A stretch of DNA of 64,000 nt from Macrostomum lignano. Taxonomy: Eukaryota. A program made the translations under genes and the position numbers. Location of the stretch: assembly GCA_002269645.1 (NCBI GenBank), contig NIVC01000758.1:248001-312000 (forward strand), read 5' to 3'. Under the pieces are notes generated by a model, which was not told the origin of the DNA, made no database searches, and was given only the letters and a program-made list of their open reading frames with translations. Positions 58,001 through 64,000 of the stretch are shown here, one piece after another; position 1 is the stretch's first letter; the number at the start of each line of letters is the position of its first letter.

Positions 58001-60024
58001 CTCCTTCCCTCTCCTCTCTCCTTCCCTCTCCTTCTCTCTCCTTCCCTCTCCTTATCCTCCTTCTCTCTCCTTATCCTCCTTCCCTCTCCTTCTCTCTCCT
58101 TCCCTCTCCTTATCCTCCTTCCCTCTCCTTCTCTCTCCTTCCCTCTCCTTCTCTCTCCTTCCCTCTCCTTCTCTCTCCTTCCCTCTCCTTCCCTCTCCTT
58201 ATCCTCCTTCCCTCTCCTTATTCTCCTTCCCTCTCCTTCTCTCTCCTTCCCTCTCCTTATCCTCCTTCCCTCTCCTTATCCTCCTTCGCTCTCCTTCTCT
58301 CTCCTTCCCTCTCCTCTCTCCTTCCCTCTCCTTCTCTCTCCTTCCCTCTCCTTATCCTCCTTCTCTCTCCTTATCCTCCTTCCCTCTCCTTCTCTCTCCT
58401 TATCCTCCTTCCCTCTCCTTATCCTCCTTCCCTCTCCTTCCCTCTCCTTCCCTCTCCTTATCCTCCTTCCCTCTCCTTATCCTCCTTCCCTCTCCTTATC
58501 CTCCTTCTCTCTCCTTCCCTCTCCTTCCCTCTCCTTATCCTCCTTCCCTCTCCTTATCCTCCTTCCCTCTCCTTCCCTCTCCTTCTCTCTCCTTATCCTC
58601 CTTCCCTCTCCTTATCCTCCTTCCCTCTCCTTCCCTCTCCTTCTCTCTCCTTATCCTCCTTCCCTCTCCTTATCCTCCTTCCCTCTCCTTATCCTCCTTC
58701 TCTCTCCTTCCCTCTCCTTCCCTCTCCTTATCCTCCTTCCCTCTCCTTATCCTCCTTCCCTCTCCTTCCCTCTCCTTCTCTCTCCTTATCCTCCTTCCCT
58801 CTCCTTATCCTCCTTCCCTCTCCTTCCCTCTCCTTCTCTCTCCTTATCCTCCTTCCCTCTCCTTATCCTCCTTCCCTCTCCTTATCCTCCTTCCCTCTCC
58901 TTCCCTCTCCTTCTCTCTCCTTATCCTCCTTCCCTCTCCTTATCCTCCTTCTCTCTCCTTCTCTCTCCTTCCCTCTCCTTGTTTCGTATCAAAAAAGCGC
59001 TTCAATATTTCAGTCTTTTGATTTTCGATGGCCAGACATAATTAAAAATTAATCAAGATTTTATATATGATATACAAAGGGTGCTATCTCATGGGATAGT
59101 GATCGTTTGGGCACTACTTTCTACAACAGCATCTAAATTGCCTAAAGGAGCAGGTAGTTTAAAGAAAAACTATTAATGGTCTAGATGAGTGTTGATTTTT
59201 TTTCTAGCACTTATTAGCTGAGTTATGGCCCATCACGTGGTGATATCCACGGACATAAATTGCGATTTCACCAGCTGCTGAAAGATAAGTTTAAAGCCAC
59301 TAGGATTGGAGGGCCAGGGGTCAAACGGGGACACAACCGTTCTTGAAACATCTCAAGCAAAAGAATCAAATGTCATCACAATCATCGCAATCCTCCTCCT
59401 TCATTCCCTCAATGTACTCGCCCTTGACGGCGATCACCTTTGCCCACTTCTTCGGGAGCTCGTTGATAGCCTGCCAATACACGGAGCGGAATTCCTGCGA
59501 GCGAAGCACGCGCATCGCCTCGGCCTCCACTTGCGCGCGGTCGCTGTCAAGCACTCGACCCCGCATGAGCTGCTTGAATGCGCCAAATACTCTGTAGTCG
59601 CAGGGTGACATGTCTGGCGATCTGTCACCCGCAGCTAGTGAAATCGCAATTTATGGCCATAAATATCAGCACGTGATGGGCCATAACTCAGCTAATAAAA
59701 GTGCTAGAGAAAAAAAATCAACACTCATCTAGACCATTGATAGTTTTTCTTTAAACTGCCTGCTCCTTTAGGCAATTTAGATGCTGTTGTAGAAAGTAGT
59801 GCCCAAACGATCACTATCCCAGATAGCACCCTTAATTTGTACCTATCAAGTATGCTTAAAATCTCGTTCATAAGATGCTACTATAAAGGAAAAAGTAGCA
59901 TAGTCAAGGAAGATATGGATTCCCGGGCCATCCCATCCCCATTGGCCCAGCCAATAGGAGCGCATTTCACACAGTTTTCCACGGAATTCCGCGGCAATCT
60001 AGACCCTTTCCACGGACCCAACTG
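55097..60024. mobile_element. 4.9-kb foldback-like element with very long TIRs containing (GGAGA)/(TCTCC) arrays
   Basis: TA|CAGTTGGGTCC ... GGACCCAACTG|TA. The outer ~178 bp of the arms differ at one base. Purine array at 55385-55790 mirrors the pyrimidine array at 57410-58980. No long non-repetitive ORF in the 55990-57330 core. Confidence 0.85.
59075..59839 (-). mobile_element. 765-bp mariner deletion derivative with ~200-bp TIRs, inserted in the right arm of the foldback element
   Basis: Arms 59075-59278 and 59631-59839, TA flanks. Residual SPDMSPCDYRVFGAFKQLMRG...ELPKKWAKVIAVKGEYIE (mariner C-terminus). Confidence 0.88.
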
Positions 60025-60935
60025 TATGCAAAGTAGATTTAAGTTGCAATAAAAGCGCCGTTTACCCTCATGTAGTGGCACTGATTCAATTGAAAGCAAA
60101 AACACTTAAGAAGGCCAAAGTACCTCTGATTGCCGCTGTTGATAAGTTAACAAAACAACAAGACAGGCTGATTGGCACACTTGTCAGAAACTGCGTTTAT
60201 TGTTTGCTTGCGCCAATTGCAGAAGTTGGTTACTATGAGTAGTGCTAACTAAACAGACTTGATAATTCAAAATGCGAATTAATAAATAAATAATAACGGA
60301 CAAGGTAATTCTGGGCGATCTACGCGCACACATTTTTATTAAATAAGCATTGTTAAACAGACATTGTTCTCAGTGCCGGCGAGACTCTGTTGCAATAACG
60401 GAATAGAAAAAAAGCCGATAAGAAAAAACTGTCAGGAAACAGAAAACTGTAAAGCAAATAAAAAAACAAAAAAGTTAGACCTACCTGTAAATAGGAAAAA
60501 ACACAGCCGGAACAGGTAAAACTAGATTTGTCACCAATTGGCTCTGTGAACAACTGTTGTGACATTGTGGCAGCGAATTCCATTGAATCACAGGCTGACA
60601 GAGCGAGAAATTCTAGGCTACAAGACGCGGATACTGTGTGCATTTTAACATTTAATCCAGTTTTTCAGTAGTTATAAAAAACGCGTATCTTGCTACTGGC
60701 CAGACAGTCGGCAGTAGTGCAGTCAGGCTTCGCTAGCAGGCGCAGCTGCCAGACTGATTGTCTCCGTCCTGGGGCGCGTCTTTCAGCCGCACTTCGATCA
60801 CTAAGGCAGAACGGGCCGGGTTCGATGGCGGCCGCGGAGTTAAGGAAAAGCCTTCGATCAATAATTTTAGTGAGCTACATATACAGCTGTGGAATGTAAT
60901 TAATAACTGATTACACCAGCCCCAATTGGGCCACA

Positions 60936-61195
60936 TGTGCAACCGACAGCTCAGTCGCAGCAATTGCGCGGCGCATTTGAAGGCTGCGTACGGCTGTTCA
61001 GTCCAGGGACTGGGGGGTCGCCACACACACACCCTCAATTACCCCAGCTAATGCTGGCACCCATTTTACAGCTGGGCGAACTGAAGCAATGCAGAGTGAA
61101 GTTTCTTACTCAAGGACACAAATTGTTCCAGTGAGATCGGGATTCGAACCCCCGACCTTCAAGTTGTTCAAGTCCGACGCTCTAACCACTAGGTT
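60936..61195 (-). mobile_element. tRNA-derived SINE, family B, second copy
   Basis: TGGTTAGAGCG / GGTTCGAATCC boxes. Body homologous to 47566-47806. Confidence 0.85.
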
Positions 61196-61442
61196 ACGAT
61201 CCCCTTCTTGTTTACACGGTGTCTTACTGTAGAAGGTAGCAGTAACTTAAAATTCTACATATGCAGTAAAGACTACTTAAACGCACATTTTAAGTGGTAC
61301 CGTAAGGGTGTTTAATGCTAAAATTACCTAGAATATGATGATTCGCGATACTCTGTTAAACCAAGCAGCTCTACAAGAGCACCAAATCTCCGAGGCCGTC
61401 TCTGGAACCTACGGTAAGCCTCTTAGAAGTCCCATGATGGCC

Positions 61443-62005
<563 letters not shown>

Positions 62006-62107
62006 TTAGCACTGTGGTAATAAGGGTTAAGGAAGGTAATCTTGAGTCATACGAATCTCCGATGCCCATGGGAAAGTCGGGATGGATGTACATGTACGAG
62101 CTATGTT

Positions 62108-62995
62108 CAGGGGCGTCGTCACCGGGAAGGACAGGGGGACATGTCCCCCCTCCCAGTAAAAGTTATGGAGGTGACATGCCAATACTTTGTCCACCCACCC
62201 CACCTCTGTTGACCTGTTATGGAAATCAAAATTTTGCTTCAGGGTGACAAAACCTAGCGCCTGCGGACTAAAATGGTGCCTGCGGCGCCAAATTGAGTGC
62301 CTGTGGCGCTAAAATGGTGCTGTGGCGCTAAAATGGTGCCTGCGGCGCTAAAATGGTGCCTGTGGCGCTAAAATGGTGCCTGCAGCGCTAAAATGGTGTC
62401 TGTGGCGCTAAGATGGTGCCTGCGGCGCTAAAATGGAGCCTGTGGCGCTAAAATAGTGGCTGCGGCGCTAAAATGGTGCCTGCGGCGCTAAAATGGTGCC
62501 TGCGGCGCTAAAATGGTGCCTGTGGCGCTAAAATGGTGCCTGCAGCGCTAAAATGGTGTCTGTGGCGCTAAGATGGTGCCTGTGGCGCTAAAATGGTGCC
62601 TGCAGCGCTAAAATGGTGCCTGCGGCGCTAAGATGGTGCCTGCGGCGCTAAAATGGAGCCTGTGGCGCTAAAATAGTGGCTGCGGCGCTAAAATGGTGCC
62701 TGCGGCGCTAAAATGGTGCCTGCGGCGCTAAGATGGTGCCTGCGGCGCTAAAATGGAGCCTGTGGCGCTAAAATAGTGGCTGCGGCGCTAAAATGGTGCC
62801 TGCGGCGCTAAAATGGTGCCTGCGGCGCTAAAATGGTGCCTGCGGCGCTAAAATGGTGCCTGTGGAGCTAAAATGGTGCCCGCGGCGCTAAGATGGTCCC
62901 TGTGGCGCCAAAATGATTGCTGACAACACCAATTCTGAAAGTAATGTACACGTAGAAATTTAGTCATAAAATACTCGTACATGGCGACGCCCCTG
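62108..62995. mobile_element. 888-bp hAT-type MITE containing a 20-bp tandem array (62275-62905)
   Basis: 14-bp TIRs CAGGGGCGTCG(T/C)CA. 8-bp TSD GCTATGTT / GCTAAGTT (7 of 8). Internal unit TGCGGCGCTAAAATGGTGCC, about 31 copies. Confidence 0.85.
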
Positions 62996-63373
62996 GCTAA
63001 GTTCCTGTGCTGTATATTGACAGGGGCGTCGCCAAAGAGATGACAGGACCAGGGGCATGCCCTTGCAGTTAAAGTGATCAAAAAGCCCCATAAATGAAAA
63101 TCTTTTAGATGTAGTGAGCCGCTAGTTTATTGTTAGGCGTCGCCCTTGTCAGCCGCTCCCTTGCCCTCCCTTTGGGTTGCTGTCTGCCGCTGGTCAGCTT
63201 CCCGTCCCTTTTTCGTTTGCCTGTTGCCCCCCCGTGTCCCTTTCCGCCCTGTTGCGTCTCCGTTCTCAGCCCTCAGTCTCTCGACTGTGGGCTGTCTCTG
63301 TTTCGCTTCCATCCTGTTTTCTTCTGTCATGTGAGCAAGTCACATGACAGCTCTTGCGTTCTTTGAGTCTTAA

Positions 63374-63670
63374 AGTGCAGTAAACATGTTTACTGCACTC
63401 GTTGGCCCTGTTTACCGGGTGAGTCACATGCTTTCGGACCCCTCCCTTTTCTAAGGAGAGGAGTGACTCATGTTGCTAAAAATAGCAACTGAGTCACAGC
63501 CATGTGTACTCTGCCGGGGACCCTCAAGTGACGTCAGTTCTAAAAATAGAACAAGTCACGAGGTCTTCCGCGCGCTTGAACCCTGCCTGAGACTCTCGAG
63601 TGACGTCAGTTCTAAAAATAGAACAAGTCACGAGGTCTGGAGCGTGGGAATTTCCCGGCTATAAATAGGA
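63374..63670 (+). promoter_or_regulatory. Enhancer/promoter-like module (possible LTR U3): AP-1, CRE and MEF2 consensus sites upstream of a TATA box
   Basis: TGA(G/C)TCA at 63420, 63464 and 63490. TGACGTCA at 63529 and 63601. CTAAAAATAG at 63476, 63540 and 63612. TATAAAT at 63660. 26-bp perfect palindrome at 63374-63399. Confidence 0.55.
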
Positions 63671-64000
63671 GCCCTCTCCCCCTTGTTTCCGTCAAGGAGT
63701 CTTCCTTCTGCTCAACCTCGAGTTCTACGTCCGCGTGTGACTAAGTCCCGAGTGTCCGAGTCTTTGCGCACATTGATTCTGTTCCTATTGCTCCGACTGA
63801 GACCCGACCAAACCAACCCAAGTCTACGAGAGGCTAACTCAGCCCTCCCTGTACCATCCAAGCCCGGCAGGTGCTGCTGACGAGACGCCTTATACGTTGA
63901 GCTGCAAATCTGCACGTCGTGCTGTGTTCGTTGACTTCATTATTTCGTTCCGACGGGAAGCTCACCTCACCGAAGGCCGAGACCTGAAGGAACTGGTGGC

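Noticed and set aside
57292-59052. ORFs of 586 and 547 aa (Leu/Ser/Pro-rich), and the similar ORFs at 55302-55998
   Set aside because: Stop-free CT/GA simple repeat.
63021-63148. Second small hAT-type element starting CAGGGGCGTCGCCA
   Set aside because: The right end is degenerate and there is no TSD.

Overview
Animal genomic DNA with spliceosomal introns, GC-rich exons and abundant minisatellites. The style suggests a free-living flatworm such as Macrostomum, which is an inference only. Bases 1-33 kb are a dense mobile-element accessory region. It holds four Crypton-type tyrosine recombinase (YR) genes or fragments, all on the minus strand. It also holds an apparently intact 3.0-kb Chapaev (RAG1/Transib-related) transposon, two mariner copies, a Tc1 remnant, remnants of P, Merlin, piggyBac, Gypsy and RTE-like elements, several MITEs, and a PAN + F-type-lectin pseudogene enclosed by long inverted arms. 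Bases 36-64 kb hold host genes: BABAM2, COPS5 and RBKS (all +), a GPCR nested in an RBKS intron, and RAB6 3' exons (-). These are interleaved with tandem repeats, SINEs, a truncated Penelope-like insertion with hammerhead motifs and a 4.9-kb foldback element. The top unexplained signal is the octamer CCATAGAC/GTCTATGG. It occurs 20 times by eye, all before position 30521, clustered around the YR genes, just upstream of unrelated transposase genes, and inside inverted repeats next to the one intact YR gene.
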